Source of the DNA: Acidimicrobiales bacterium
Lineage (GTDB): Bacteria; Actinomycetota; Acidimicrobiia; Acidimicrobiales; Aldehydirespiratoraceae
Assembly: GCA_040219515.1 (NCBI GenBank)
Contig: JAVJSI010000016.1
Span: 61,390 to 125,389, forward strand
Direction of reading: 5' to 3'
DNA length: 64,000 nucleotides
The notes below the pieces were generated by a model that was not told the origin of the DNA, made no database searches, and was given only the letters and a program-made list of their open reading frames with translations. A program made the position numbers and the translations under genes. Every line of letters begins with the position of its first letter. Position 1 is the first letter of the stretch. Positions 35,087 to 44,471 of the stretch are shown here, in pieces.

Positions 35087-36157
35087 ATGAGCGCGCCAGC
35101 CACCGTCGATTCCCGTCTCCAGACCCGAGTGACCGAACTCTTCGGCGTCGACTATCCGATAGTGCAGACCGGCATGGGCTGGGTGGCCGGAGCGTCGTTG
35201 GTCACCGGCACTGCCGATGCCGGAGGGCTCGGAATCCTGGCCGCGGCCACGATGACCTACGAGGAGATGGTGGCGGCGATCGCCGCGGTGAAGTCGCGCA
35301 CCGACAAGCCGTTCGGCGTCAACATGCGCACCGACGCGGCCGACGTCGAGCAGCGGGTCGATCACCTCATCGCCCAGAAGGTGAAGGTCGCCTCGTTCGC
35401 CCAGGCCCCGCGACCCGACATGGTGAAGAAGCTGAAGGACAACGGTGTGGTCGTGGTGCCGACCGTGGGTGCTCGCCGCCACGCCGAGAAGGTGGCCGAG
35501 TGGGGCGTCGACGCCGTCCTCTGCCAGGGTGCCGAGGGCGGTGGCCACACCGGCACCGTGCCGACCTCACTGCTGCTGCCCGAAGTGCTCGACGCGGTCG
35601 ACATCCCGGTCATCGCGGCCGGTGGTTTCCACGACGGTCGCGGTCTTGCCGCCGCGCTCGCATGGGGTGCCGACGGCATCGCGATGGGCACGCGCTTCCT
35701 GCTCACCGCCGACAGCAAGGTGCCCGACGAGGTCAAGGCCGTCTACCTCGACACACCGGTGACCGGCACGGTGGTGTCGACCGCGATCGACGGCGCGCCA
35801 CAGCGGGTCATCCGGACCGAGGTGATCGAGAACCTCGAGCGCACCGGCCTGCTCAACCTGCCCCGGGCCGGTGTGAACGCCCTCAAGTTCCGAAAGCTCA
35901 CCGACACGTCGATCGGCGACCTGCTGAAGGAGGGCATCAGCATGAAGCGGAATCAGGATCTCACCTGGGCCCAGGTCGCCATGGCCGCCAACGCCGCCAT
36001 GCTCACGCGGGCGACGCTGGTCGAAGGGAAGCTCGAGGTGGGAATCCTGCCCACCGGCCAGTGTGTGGGCGTGGTCGACGACCTCCCCACCTGTGCCGAG
36101 CTGATCGAGCGCATCGCCGCCGAGGCAATCGCCCGTTTCGACACCGTTTGCCCCTAG
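35087..36157 (+). CDS. Nitronate monooxygenase / FabK-like FMN oxidoreductase (NMO family)
   Basis: FGVDYPIVQTGMGWVAGASLV...GGLGILAA...EGGGHTG...IPVIAAGGFHDGRGLAAALAWGADGIAMGTRFL. Confidence 0.9.
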   Translation: MSAPATVDSRLQTRVTELFGVDYPIVQTGMGWVAGASLVTGTADAGGLGILAAATMTYEEMVAAIAAVKSRTDKPFGVNMRTDAADVEQRVDHLIAQKVKVASFAQAPRPDMVKKLKDNGVVVVPTVGARRHAEKVAEWGVDAVLCQGAEGGGHTGTVPTSLLLPEVLDAVDIPVIAAGGFHDGRGLAAALAWGADGIAMGTRFLLTADSKVPDEVKAVYLDTPVTGTVVSTAIDGAPQRVIRTEVIENLERTGLLNLPRAGVNALKFRKLTDTSIGDLLKEGISMKRNQDLTWAQVAMAANAAMLTRATLVEGKLEVGILPTGQCVGVVDDLPTCAELIERIAAEAIARFDTVCP

Positions 36158-36159
36158 TA

Positions 36160-36345
36160 TTCCTCCGTTCCGAGGAGCGAAGTCCGGTGTGATTCCGGCG
36201 CTGTCCCGCAACGGTGATGCCTGTCCGCTTCGGCGGAGGGGATGAGCCCGGTCGCCTCCGACGAGCCACACGAAACGACCCTCGAGGAAGGGACGCTCGT
36301 GCGATGCGGACTCGCTCCTTGTCGCTCGTGCAATTGACCTCGAGC
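36160..36345 (+). promoter_or_regulatory. Cobalamin (B12) riboswitch leader
   Basis: GGAGCGAAGUCCGGUGUGAUUCCGGCGCUGUCCCGCAACGGUGA (core gctgtcccgcaacggt at 36200..36215), a B12-box-like GAGCCCGGUCGCC, then GAGCCACAC and GGAAGGGAC. The 5-prime uuccucc (36160..36166) is complementary to the RBS ggaggaa (36351..36357). A B12 transport/salvage operon lies downstream. Confidence 0.75.
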
Positions 36346-36360
36346 CACAAGGAGGAACCC

Positions 36361-37284
36361 ATGAAACGCAGTCCACTCACGATCCTGCTCGCCCTGCTCG
36401 CCGTGCTGGCGATGCTCGCCGCCGCGTGCGGTGATGACGACGACACCAGCGTCGCCGACGACGAGGTCGCCGACGACGCCGAGGACGGTGCCGGCGCGGA
36501 GGACGGTGCCGGAAACGTCGAGCGCATCGTGTCGCTGTCACCGACCGCGACGGAGATCCTGTTCGCCATCGGCGCGGGTGACCAGGTCGTGGCGGTCGAT
36601 CAGTTCTCCAACCATCCCGCCGATGCCCCGATGACCGATCTCGACGGCTTCTCGGTGAACGTCGAAGCGGTCGCCGAATACGATCCGCAGATCGTCACCA
36701 TGCAGGCGAGCGCGGCCACCGCCGAGCTCGAGGCCCTCGGCATCACCGTGATCGCCCGGGATGCACCGACCGACTTCGACGGCATCTACAGCCAGATCGA
36801 GGAACTCGGCGCCGCCACCGGCCACATGGCCGAGGCAGCCGAGCTCGTCCTGCAGATCCAGACCGACATCGATGCACTCGTGGCGACTGCACCCGACGCA
36901 GAGGGCTTGACCTACTACCACGAGCTCGGCACCGACTACTACAGCGTGAACCGCGATTCGTTCGTGGCCGAGGTCTATGCCCTCTTCGGACTGCAGAGCA
37001 TCGGCGACGAAGCCGACGGCGAGGCGTTCAACGGCTACCTGCCGCTCTCCGAGGAATTCATTCTGGGCGCTGATCCGGACATGATCTTCCTCGCCGACAC
37101 GATCTACGCCGGCCAGACCGCCGAGACGGTTGCCGCGCGACCGGGCTGGGCCGATCTCACGGCGGTCCAGCAGAACGCCGTCGTCGAACTCGATGACGAC
37201 ATCGCATCACGTTGGGGACCGCGGGTCGTCGAGTTCGCCGAGGCCATCGCCGGCGTGCTGGCCGCAGTGGCGGCACCAGCCTGA
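36361..37284 (+). CDS. btuF: ABC transporter periplasmic binding lipoprotein, BtuF/FecB class (cobalamin/siderophore type)
   Basis: Trimmed to MKRSPLTILLALLAVLAMLAAACG (lipobox). RIVSLSPTATEILFAIGAGDQVVAVD is the class III SBP signature. The B12 assignment rests on the riboswitch context. Confidence 0.8.
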   Translation: MKRSPLTILLALLAVLAMLAAACGDDDDTSVADDEVADDAEDGAGAEDGAGNVERIVSLSPTATEILFAIGAGDQVVAVDQFSNHPADAPMTDLDGFSVNVEAVAEYDPQIVTMQASAATAELEALGITVIARDAPTDFDGIYSQIEELGAATGHMAEAAELVLQIQTDIDALVATAPDAEGLTYYHELGTDYYSVNRDSFVAEVYALFGLQSIGDEADGEAFNGYLPLSEEFILGADPDMIFLADTIYAGQTAETVAARPGWADLTAVQQNAVVELDDDIASRWGPRVVEFAEAIAGVLAAVAAPA

Positions 37285-37286
37285 GT

Positions 37287-38357
37287 ATGGGTTCGCCGCG
37301 ACCCGCCGAGGTCCGCGCCGCGGCGCCACAGGGCGCCCGGCTCGGCTTCGGCGCGGTCTCCGCGGGCGTCCTGGCGATCCTCGTGGCGAGTTTCGCCGGC
37401 CTCACGATGGGCCCGGTCGACCTCTCGATCAGCGAGGTTTTTCGCGAACTGGCCGACGGCCTTCCGGGTGTCGATCTCGACTCCGGGCTGTCGAGCACCC
37501 ATCAGGCGATCGTCACGCAGATCCGGTTTCCCCGCGTCGTCCTGGGTCTCATGGTCGGCGCGACGCTGTCGCTGAGCGGGGCCGCCTATCAGGGAGCGTT
37601 CCGCAACCCGCTGGCCGATCCCTATCTGCTCGGCATCGCGGCCGGGGCCGGCCTCGGCGCGACGATCGCGATCACCGAGGGCCTCGGCGATGGTTCGGGG
37701 GTCCTGGACGCCGTCCCGCTCGCGGCCTTCGTCGGGGGTCTCGCGGCGGTGTGGATCTCGTATGTGGCGGGCCACATCGGCGGACGTTCGACGGTGACGC
37801 TGATCCTGGCCGGCGTTGCCGTCGCCAGCTTCCTGACCGCCTGTCAGACCTACGTGCTGCAGGCCAACAGCGACGTGATCCGCGAGGTCTACACGTGGAT
37901 TCTCGGACGGATCGCCACGTCGGGATGGAACGAACCGGCCCTGCTCGCGCCCTACTTCGTCCTCACGACGGTGGTCGTTCTCCGCTACCGGCGCGCCCTC
38001 GACGTGCTGGCCGTGGGCGACGAGGAAGCCGCATCGTTGGGGGTCAACCCGCGACGTGTACGGCTGATCGTGGTGCTCGCGGCGTCGTTGGGCGCCGCCG
38101 CGGCCGTGGCGGTGTCGGGGCTCATCGGGTTCGTCGGCATCATCGTACCCCACACGGTGCGGCTGCTCTTCGGTGCCAGCAACCGCGTGGTTCTGCCGCT
38201 CTCGGTGCTGTTCGGCGCCGCCTTCATGGTGGCCGCCGATCTGCTGGCCCGGATCGTGCTCGAACCGGCCGAGTTGCCGATCGGGGTGGTCACCGCCTTC
38301 ATCGGCGCGCCGTTCTTCGCTCTGGTGCTGCGCGCGAGTCGGCGGGAGGTCTGGTGA
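37287..38357 (+). CDS. btuC: FecCD/BtuC-family ABC permease
   Basis: RFPRVVLGLMVGATLSLSGAAYQGAFRNPLADPYLLGIAAGAGLGA and the C-terminal PIGVVTAFIGAPFF are typical FecCD segments. Confidence 0.9.
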   Translation: MGSPRPAEVRAAAPQGARLGFGAVSAGVLAILVASFAGLTMGPVDLSISEVFRELADGLPGVDLDSGLSSTHQAIVTQIRFPRVVLGLMVGATLSLSGAAYQGAFRNPLADPYLLGIAAGAGLGATIAITEGLGDGSGVLDAVPLAAFVGGLAAVWISYVAGHIGGRSTVTLILAGVAVASFLTACQTYVLQANSDVIREVYTWILGRIATSGWNEPALLAPYFVLTTVVVLRYRRALDVLAVGDEEAASLGVNPRRVRLIVVLAASLGAAAAVAVSGLIGFVGIIVPHTVRLLFGASNRVVLPLSVLFGAAFMVAADLLARIVLEPAELPIGVVTAFIGAPFFALVLRASRREVW

Positions 38358-39130
38358 ACGGCACCCTGACCATCCGCGACCTGTCGGTGGAACTCGGCGG
38401 CACGCCCGTGCTGTCCGGCGTGGACCTCGCGCTCTCCGAGGGGTGCTGGGTCAACGTGATCGGTCCCAACGGCGCCGGGAAGACGACCCTGTTGCGCGCC
38501 ATCCTGGGGGCCGTGTCCTTCAGTGGCGAGATCGCGGTCGGCGACGTACCGGCTCGCGACGCGATGGCCAGAGCTCGGGCAGTGGCCTACGTCCCCCAGA
38601 CACCGGTGATTCCGCCGGGCGTGATGGTCATCGACTACGTGATGCTCGGCCGCACGCCGCACCGCGGCGTTTTCGCCGCCGACTCACTGCGTGACAGAGA
38701 GGTCGCCGGAGCGGTGATCGAGCGACTGGACCTCGGTGGCTTCGCCGAACGCGAGGTGAGCAGTCTGTCGGGCGGTGAGCGCCAGCGAGTGGTGCTGGCC
38801 CGGGCGCTCGCCCAGGAAGCGGCGCTCCTGCTGCTCGACGAACCGACCACCGCGCTCGATCTCGGCCACCAGCAGGACGTGCTCGACCTGGTCGAGGAGT
38901 TGCGGCGAGAGCAGGGACTGACGGTTCTCGCCACACTGCACGACCTCACCCTGGCCGCGCGCTACGGCGACGAGCTCGCCGTGCTGGCCGAGGGCCGCGT
39001 GGTGCAGAGCGGCCCTCCGGCCACCGTCCTCACGCAGGCGCTGATCGCCGCCCACTTCCACGCCAACGTCCGAATCATCGATGATGTCGACGGGCCGGTC
39101 ATCGTTCCGGTCGCCGGTCGACCCACCTGA
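38354..39130 (+). CDS. btuD: ABC transporter ATP-binding protein (BtuD/FecE type)
   Basis: Walker A GPNGAGKTT, signature LSGGERQR, Walker B LLLLDEPT. The GTG start overlaps the permease stop (GTGA). Confidence 0.9.
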   Translation: MNGTLTIRDLSVELGGTPVLSGVDLALSEGCWVNVIGPNGAGKTTLLRAILGAVSFSGEIAVGDVPARDAMARARAVAYVPQTPVIPPGVMVIDYVMLGRTPHRGVFAADSLRDREVAGAVIERLDLGGFAEREVSSLSGGERQRVVLARALAQEAALLLLDEPTTALDLGHQQDVLDLVEELRREQGLTVLATLHDLTLAARYGDELAVLAEGRVVQSGPPATVLTQALIAAHFHANVRIIDDVDGPVIVPVAGRPT

Positions 39131-39139
39131 GGAGCATGC

Positions 39140-39715
39140 ATGTCCACCACCCCCGACGAACCGCTCACTGAGGATCCTCGGCCCGACGGCCTGACCGTGG
39201 CGAAGAGTCTCGTGCTGGTCAACACCGGCGACGGCAAGGGAAAGTCCTCCGCCGCGTTCGGTGTCGCCCTTCGGGCACGGGCGCGGGGCTGGCCGGTGGC
39301 CGTCGTGCAGTTCCTGAAGTCCGAGGACTGGGTCACCGGCGAACAGATGATGGCCGATGAGCTCGGCATGGACTTCTGGTCGCTCGGCGACGGCTTCACA
39401 TGGGACAGCGACGACCTCGCCAAGGACGAGGCCGAGGCCCGCGAGGCCTGGCGTCAGGGCAAGGCGATCGTCGAGGCGGGTGAGCATCGCCTGGTGGTGT
39501 TCGACGAGATTACCTATCCCGTGAACTGGGGATGGATCGACGCCGAGGAGGTGGAGGCGACCTTCCGTGCCCGTCCGGCCAACGTGTCGCTCGTGCTGAC
39601 CGGTCGCGACGCCCCCGAGTGGATGATCGAGCTGGCCGACACCGTCACCGAGATGGTGAAGACCAAGCACGCCTACGACTCGGGTATCGCCGCCAAGAAG
39701 GGCATCGACTTCTGA
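39140..39715 (+). CDS. cobO: Cob(I)yrinic acid a,c-diamide / cob(I)alamin adenosyltransferase
   Basis: VNTGDGKGKSSAAFGVALRARARGWPVAVVQFLK...LVVFDEITYPVNWGWI...LVLTGRDAP...ADTVTEM (CobO/BtuR pattern). Confidence 0.9.
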   Translation: MSTTPDEPLTEDPRPDGLTVAKSLVLVNTGDGKGKSSAAFGVALRARARGWPVAVVQFLKSEDWVTGEQMMADELGMDFWSLGDGFTWDSDDLAKDEAEAREAWRQGKAIVEAGEHRLVVFDEITYPVNWGWIDAEEVEATFRARPANVSLVLTGRDAPEWMIELADTVTEMVKTKHAYDSGIAAKKGIDF

Positions 39716-40248
39716 TGCTGACCCTCCTCACCGGAGGAGCGCGAAGCGGCAAGTCGTCGGCCGCAGTCCGCCTGGCCACGGTGTCGGGTCGCGCGGTCGT
39801 CTACGTCGCCACCGCCGAGGCGGGCGACGACGAGATGGCCGATCGCATCTCCCGCCACCAGGCCGATCGACCGTCCGAGTGGACCACGATCGATGCGCCG
39901 CGAGCGCTGGCGGAGGCCGTACGGACCGTCGACACCCAAGCCGCCGTCATCGTGGACTGCCTGGCCCTGTGGGTCACGAACCTGCTGGATCTGGCCGACG
40001 AGGAGATCCACGAGCGGGCGGCGGCCCTGGCGGGTGCGCTACGCGAGCGACAGGCCGACACGATCGTGGTGACCAACGAGGTCGGTGACGGCATCGTGCC
40101 CGACAACGCCGTGGCCCGGCGGTTTCGCGACGTGCTGGGCACCGTCAACCAGCAGGTCCGGTCGGTCAGCGATCAGGCCTACCTCTGTGTGGCCGGCGGC
40201 GTGATCCCGATCACCGATCTCACCGGACCCGAGGCGGGCCGTGTCTGA
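39715..40248 (+). CDS. cobU: Adenosylcobinamide kinase / adenosylcobinamide-phosphate guanylyltransferase
   Basis: MLTLLTGGARSGKSSAA P-loop, RISRHQADRP, VIVDCLALWVTNLL. The ATG overlaps the cobO stop (TGATG). Confidence 0.9.
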   Translation: MLTLLTGGARSGKSSAAVRLATVSGRAVVYVATAEAGDDEMADRISRHQADRPSEWTTIDAPRALAEAVRTVDTQAAVIVDCLALWVTNLLDLADEEIHERAAALAGALRERQADTIVVTNEVGDGIVPDNAVARRFRDVLGTVNQQVRSVSDQAYLCVAGGVIPITDLTGPEAGRV

Positions 40249-41227
40249 GCTGGAGGCGTTGCTGACGGATCTGCCGGGGCCCGACGCTGCGTCGGCAATG
40301 GCGGTCGGAATCCGTGCGTCGCACGTGCTGCGGCCAACCGGCGTGTTCATGGAACTGGACCGGGTCGCGGCCTGGTTGGCCGGCTGGCAGGGCACGGACG
40401 CGCCCCGTGTCGCACGGCCGCACGCGATCGTCTTCGCCGCCGATCACGGTGTCGCGAGCGAGGGGGTGAGTGCCTACCCGGCATCGGTGACCGCGGTCAT
40501 GGTCGATGCCCTGGCGGAGGGTGCCGCGACGGCGTCGGTGCTGGCCCGCGAGGCAGGGGCGACGCTCGAGGTGGTCGATGTCGGTGTCGGGGAGCCGACC
40601 GGCAACCTCCGGACCGAGTCGGCCATGACCCCGGCGCGGTTCGACGCAGCCATCACGGCCGGTGTCGCGGCCGTCGAACGCTGTGACGCCGACCTGCTCG
40701 TGCTCGGCGAGATGGGCATCGCCAACACCACGGCCGCCGCAGCCGTGGCGGCCGCAGTGGTCGGCGGTGATGCCGCCGACTGGGTCGGACCGGGTACCGG
40801 CGTGGCCGACGAGGTGCTGGCCGGCAAGGTCCGGGTGGTGGCCGATGCCCTGGACCGGGTCGGTCCGGTCGGACCGATCGAGGCACTGCGCGAGCTCGGC
40901 GGCGCGGAGCTGGCGGCGATCGCAGGCGCCACGATGGCGGCGCGTCACCGCCGTCTTCCGATCCTGCTCGACGGTTTCATCGTCGCCGCGGCGGTCGCGC
41001 CACTCGCGGCGGCCGAGCCGGGTGCGCTGCGGCACTGCATCGCCGCGCACCGTTCATCCGAGCCGGGTCACCGCCGTCTGCTCGAGTACCTGGGGATGTC
41101 GCCACTGCTGGACCTCGGCCTTCGACTGGGCGAGGGGAGTGGCGCGCTGGCGGCCGTGCCGTTGGTGCGCATGGCGGCCGCCGCAGTGGTCGATGTGGCG
41201 ACCTTCGAGGAGTGGGGCGTGACGTGA
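40241..41227 (+). CDS. cobT: Nicotinate-nucleotide--dimethylbenzimidazole phosphoribosyltransferase
   Basis: FAADHGVASEGVSAYP, LLVLGEMGIANTTAAAAV, LGLRLGEGSGA. Confidence 0.9.
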   Translation: MSELEALLTDLPGPDAASAMAVGIRASHVLRPTGVFMELDRVAAWLAGWQGTDAPRVARPHAIVFAADHGVASEGVSAYPASVTAVMVDALAEGAATASVLAREAGATLEVVDVGVGEPTGNLRTESAMTPARFDAAITAGVAAVERCDADLLVLGEMGIANTTAAAAVAAAVVGGDAADWVGPGTGVADEVLAGKVRVVADALDRVGPVGPIEALRELGGAELAAIAGATMAARHRRLPILLDGFIVAAAVAPLAAAEPGALRHCIAAHRSSEPGHRRLLEYLGMSPLLDLGLRLGEGSGALAAVPLVRMAAAAVVDVATFEEWGVT

Positions 41228-41970
41228 CGTCGGCTCGCATCGCGTGGTCGTTCCTGACCCGCCTGCCGGGTGGCGCCCATCCGGGCCCGAGCGACTCCAT
41301 GGCGTCGGCGGTCCCGTGGTTCCCGGTCGTCGGACTGGTCCTCGGCGCCGGTCTGGGCGCCGTCTACCTCGGCCTCTTCGAGATCACCTCGCCGACGGTC
41401 GCCGCGCTGGCCACCATCGGTCTCGGCGCGCTCGCAACCGGCGCGTTTCACGAGGACGGGCTGGCCGACACGTTCGACGCGTTCGGCGGCTACGAGCCCG
41501 AGCAGCGTCTCGAGATCATGCGCGACTCGAGGATCGGCACCTTCGGCACGCTGGCGCTCGTGGTGGCGACCGGGCTGAAGGTCGCCGGACTCGCGAGCCT
41601 CGACGGCGCCGACGGACTTGTCGCACTGGTCGTCGCCCACAGCGCGGCGCGCGCCACGGCGTTGCTCGTGATGCGGGCCGGTCCGGACGCGCGGACCGAA
41701 GGACTCGCAGCCAGCGCCACCGACCTTCCTCGCACGGCGGTGGCCGGCGTGGTGGCCGTCACGGCGCTGGCCGGGGTCGGCCTCGGACCGGTGACCGCAA
41801 TTGCGGTCGCCGCCCTGCTCGGCGTCGCCGTCGGTGCCGTGCGGGTCGCGCGGCGTCGATTCGGCGGGACGACCGGCGATGTCCTGGGGGCGGTCGAGCA
41901 GGTGAGCGAGATCGTCGTGCTACTCGTGTGCGCGGAGCTGGTGGGCGAACTGGGCTGGCTGTGGGGCTGA
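41212..41970 (+). CDS. cobS: Adenosylcobinamide-GDP ribazoletransferase (cobalamin synthase)
   Basis: AWSFLTRLP, GAFHEDGLADTFDAFGG and multiple TM helices. The start may be a few codons downstream. Confidence 0.9.
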   Translation: MGRDVTSARIAWSFLTRLPGGAHPGPSDSMASAVPWFPVVGLVLGAGLGAVYLGLFEITSPTVAALATIGLGALATGAFHEDGLADTFDAFGGYEPEQRLEIMRDSRIGTFGTLALVVATGLKVAGLASLDGADGLVALVVAHSAARATALLVMRAGPDARTEGLAASATDLPRTAVAGVVAVTALAGVGLGPVTAIAVAALLGVAVGAVRVARRRFGGTTGDVLGAVEQVSEIVVLLVCAELVGELGWLWG

Positions 41971-42464
41971 CGCTGCGGCTGCTGCGCCACGGCACGACGG
42001 AGTGGACCGAGGCCGGCCGATACTGCGGCCATGCCGACCCCGGTTTGAACGAGACGGGGCGGCTTGCCCTGCGTTCGGTCTGGCTGCCGGAGTCGGTCTA
42101 CCGATCCGTGGTGTGCTCCGACCTCCGACGCTGTCGTGAGACCGCGGCGGCGCTGGGCCTCGCGCCGACGCTCACAGCGGCCCTGCGCGAGTTCGACTTC
42201 GGGGCGATCGAAGGTGCGACCTGGGAGGAACTCGACGACGATGTCAGGACGGCACTGCTCGATCACGACTCGTTCGTGGCCCCCGACGGCGAGTCGGTCG
42301 AGGGGTTCGGCGCCCGGATCGACACGTTCGTCGAAGGACTGGACGATGGCCGACACCTGCTCGTCACCCACGGCGGGGTGATCCAGCACCTGCTTCGCCG
42401 GGCGGGTGTGGACCGCCATGTCGGTCCGGGGGAGTGGGTCGACGTGGAGATCAGCCCCCGCTGA
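41961..42464 (+). CDS. cobC: Histidine-phosphatase-family protein, probable alpha-ribazole phosphatase
   Basis: LRLLRHGTTEWTEAGRYCGHADPGLNETG (RHG motif) in the last position of the cob operon. The start (GTG at 41961, overlapping the cobS stop) is uncertain. Confidence 0.7.
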   Translation: MGLTLRLLRHGTTEWTEAGRYCGHADPGLNETGRLALRSVWLPESVYRSVVCSDLRRCRETAAALGLAPTLTAALREFDFGAIEGATWEELDDDVRTALLDHDSFVAPDGESVEGFGARIDTFVEGLDDGRHLLVTHGGVIQHLLRRAGVDRHVGPGEWVDVEISPR

Positions 42465-43641
42465 CGAGGTCCTCGGCGCCCTTCGGGAGCGCCACCGCTC
42501 CGTCGCGATCGTCGAGCCAGCCCTCGGGCAGGTGCACGTCCTTGGGCGAGCCGTGATGGCCGCGCACCATGCGCATTCCGCCGTCGGGGAACGGGATGGT
42601 GCGATCGAGTTCGCCGATCAGCGTCCGCATCTCGTCGAGCGAGGCGACCTTGTTGAGCCGCCGGCGGATCGCGTTGCCGGTGGGAAAGCCCTTGAGGTAC
42701 CAGCCGGTGTGCTTGCGGAAGTCGCGGATGCCGTGGGGCTCGCCCATCCAGTCGCACAGGAGTTCGGCATGTTCGACCATGCCGTCGAGCACCTCGCCGA
42801 GCTCGGGGCGCGGCGGCACTTCCCGCCCTTCGAACACCTCGGCGAGGTCCCGGAAGATCCAGGGCCGTCCGAGGCAACCCCGACCGACGACCACGCCGTC
42901 GGCACCGCTCTCCCGCATCATGCGGAGGGCGTCGTCGGCCTCCCAGATGTCGCCGTTGCCGAACACCGGAATGGAGGTGACGGCCTCCTTGAGCTGGGCG
43001 ATCCGCCGCCAATCGGCGTTGCCGCTGTAGAGCTGGTTGGCAGTGCGCGCGTGCAGCGCCACCGAACGGCAGCCCTCGTCTTCGGCGATGCGGCCGGCGT
43101 CGAGGAACGTGATCGCATCGTCGTCGATCCCCACCCGGAACTTCACCGTCACGGGCACGTCGCCCGCGGCCGCAACGGCGGCCCGCACGATGGAGCGGTA
43201 GAGCTCGCGCTTCCACGGCAACGCGGCCCCGCCCCCGTGACGGGTGACCTTCTTCATCGGGCAACCGAAGTTCATGTCGATGTGATCGACGGGGCGGCCG
43301 TCGTGGGTGTCGCCGCTCACGAGCATGCGGGTGGCCTCGCCGATCGAGTAGGGCTCGGTGCCGTAGAGCTGGATGCTCCGGGGAGCCTCGTCCGGGGCGA
43401 ACGCCGACAGCTCGAGACTCTTGCGGTGACCCTCGACGATGGCGCGGGCGGTGATCATCTGGTTGACGTAGAGGCCGGCGCCGTAGCGTCGGCACAGTGT
43501 CCGGAACGGCGCGTTGGTGACCCCGGCCATGGGTGCCAGCACGACCGGCGGCCAGACCGGAAGATCGCCGATCGCCACCGGTTCGAACTCGCCGGCCCGC
43601 GCGGGAGGTTGCGCGAGGTCGGAAGGGGCGGTGGAGGTCAC
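42451..43641 (-). CDS. dus: tRNA-dihydrouridine synthase
   Basis: VVLAPMAGVTNAPFRTLCRRYGAGLYVNQMI, DMNFGCPMKKVT, VTVKFRVG, HARTANQLYSG. Confidence 0.9.
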   Translation of the reverse strand: MTSTAPSDLAQPPARAGEFEPVAIGDLPVWPPVVLAPMAGVTNAPFRTLCRRYGAGLYVNQMITARAIVEGHRKSLELSAFAPDEAPRSIQLYGTEPYSIGEATRMLVSGDTHDGRPVDHIDMNFGCPMKKVTRHGGGAALPWKRELYRSIVRAAVAAAGDVPVTVKFRVGIDDDAITFLDAGRIAEDEGCRSVALHARTANQLYSGNADWRRIAQLKEAVTSIPVFGNGDIWEADDALRMMRESGADGVVVGRGCLGRPWIFRDLAEVFEGREVPPRPELGEVLDGMVEHAELLCDWMGEPHGIRDFRKHTGWYLKGFPTGNAIRRRLNKVASLDEMRTLIGELDRTIPFPDGGMRMVRGHHGSPKDVHLPEGWLDDRDGAVALPKGAEDLVSGG

Positions 43642-43705
43642 GACAACAGGCTACGAAGTCCATTCCTGCGACGCGTACTGCGCCGGTGTGCGGGACCGCG
43701 ATCGG

Positions 43706-44308
43706 TCATCGACGGTGGCCGTAGGCGAGGAGATCGACCCCGGCTCGGAGGCAGAGTCGGTGCAGGAGTCCCATGGGCAGCCCGATGACGTTGGAGACGC
43801 TGCCGGTGACGGTGTCGGCGAAGAGCCCACCGGCGCCCTGGAGCCCATAGCTCCCGGCCTTGTCGTCGGCGTCTCCCGTCGCGACGTACCAGTCGACGAT
43901 CGCGTCGCTCAGCGCATCGACGGCGACCTCCGAGCGCTCGTGACCGCTGGTGGTCGTGGTCGTTCCGTCGGCCTCCACCACCACGATCGCCACGCCGGTG
44001 ACGACGTCGTGGCGGCGGCCGGCGAGCCGGCGCAGCGTGGCCGCCGCATCCGCTCGATCCAGCGGCTTGCCGAGGATCTCGCCGTCGAGCACGACCGACG
44101 TGTCGGCGCCGATCACCGCACAGTCCGGGACGGCGACGGCGAGTGCCTTCTCCTCGGCCAGGCGAACGACATAGAGACGCGGATCCTCGCCGGGGAGCGG
44201 GGTTTCGTCGATGTCGGCGGCGACGACGTCGAAGGCGTCGGTGAGGCGGCTCAGGATGTCGCGGCGCCGGGGCGACGAGGAGGCGAGGACGAGGCGGCGG
44301 AGGGTCAC
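43706..44308 (-). CDS. maf: Maf-like nucleoside triphosphate pyrophosphatase
   Basis: LVLASSSPRRRDIL...GADTSVVLDGEILGKP...KAGSYGLQG. Confidence 0.9.
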   Translation of the reverse strand: MTLRRLVLASSSPRRRDILSRLTDAFDVVAADIDETPLPGEDPRLYVVRLAEEKALAVAVPDCAVIGADTSVVLDGEILGKPLDRADAAATLRRLAGRRHDVVTGVAIVVVEADGTTTTTSGHERSEVAVDALSDAIVDWYVATGDADDKAGSYGLQGAGGLFADTVTGSVSNVIGLPMGLLHRLCLRAGVDLLAYGHRR

Positions 44309-44471
44309 GCGGCCAGTTTGTCAGCTTCATGCGAGGCGCCACCCACCCCGCCCGCGTGCGGCGTACCCTCTCCCCATCGACGAAGAAACCTGGTCCGCCG
44401 AGCGCGAACCCGACGAACCTGTTGCCCTCCCGTCGGAGGACACCAACCTCGAGATCCGGCCCGACTCGTTC

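Noticed and set aside
34982-35548. 188-aa minus-strand ORF ending ...MTRRLTEFSHGAG
   Set aside because: It is a chimera. Only its last 14 codons are real (the SelD N-terminus up to the UGA-Sec codon). The rest is antisense to the well-supported nitronate monooxygenase gene.
41244-42464. 406-aa ORF overlapping all of cobS
   Set aside because: Only the last ~168 codons (RHG histidine-phosphatase motif onward) look like real protein. The upstream part is an alternate frame of cobS.
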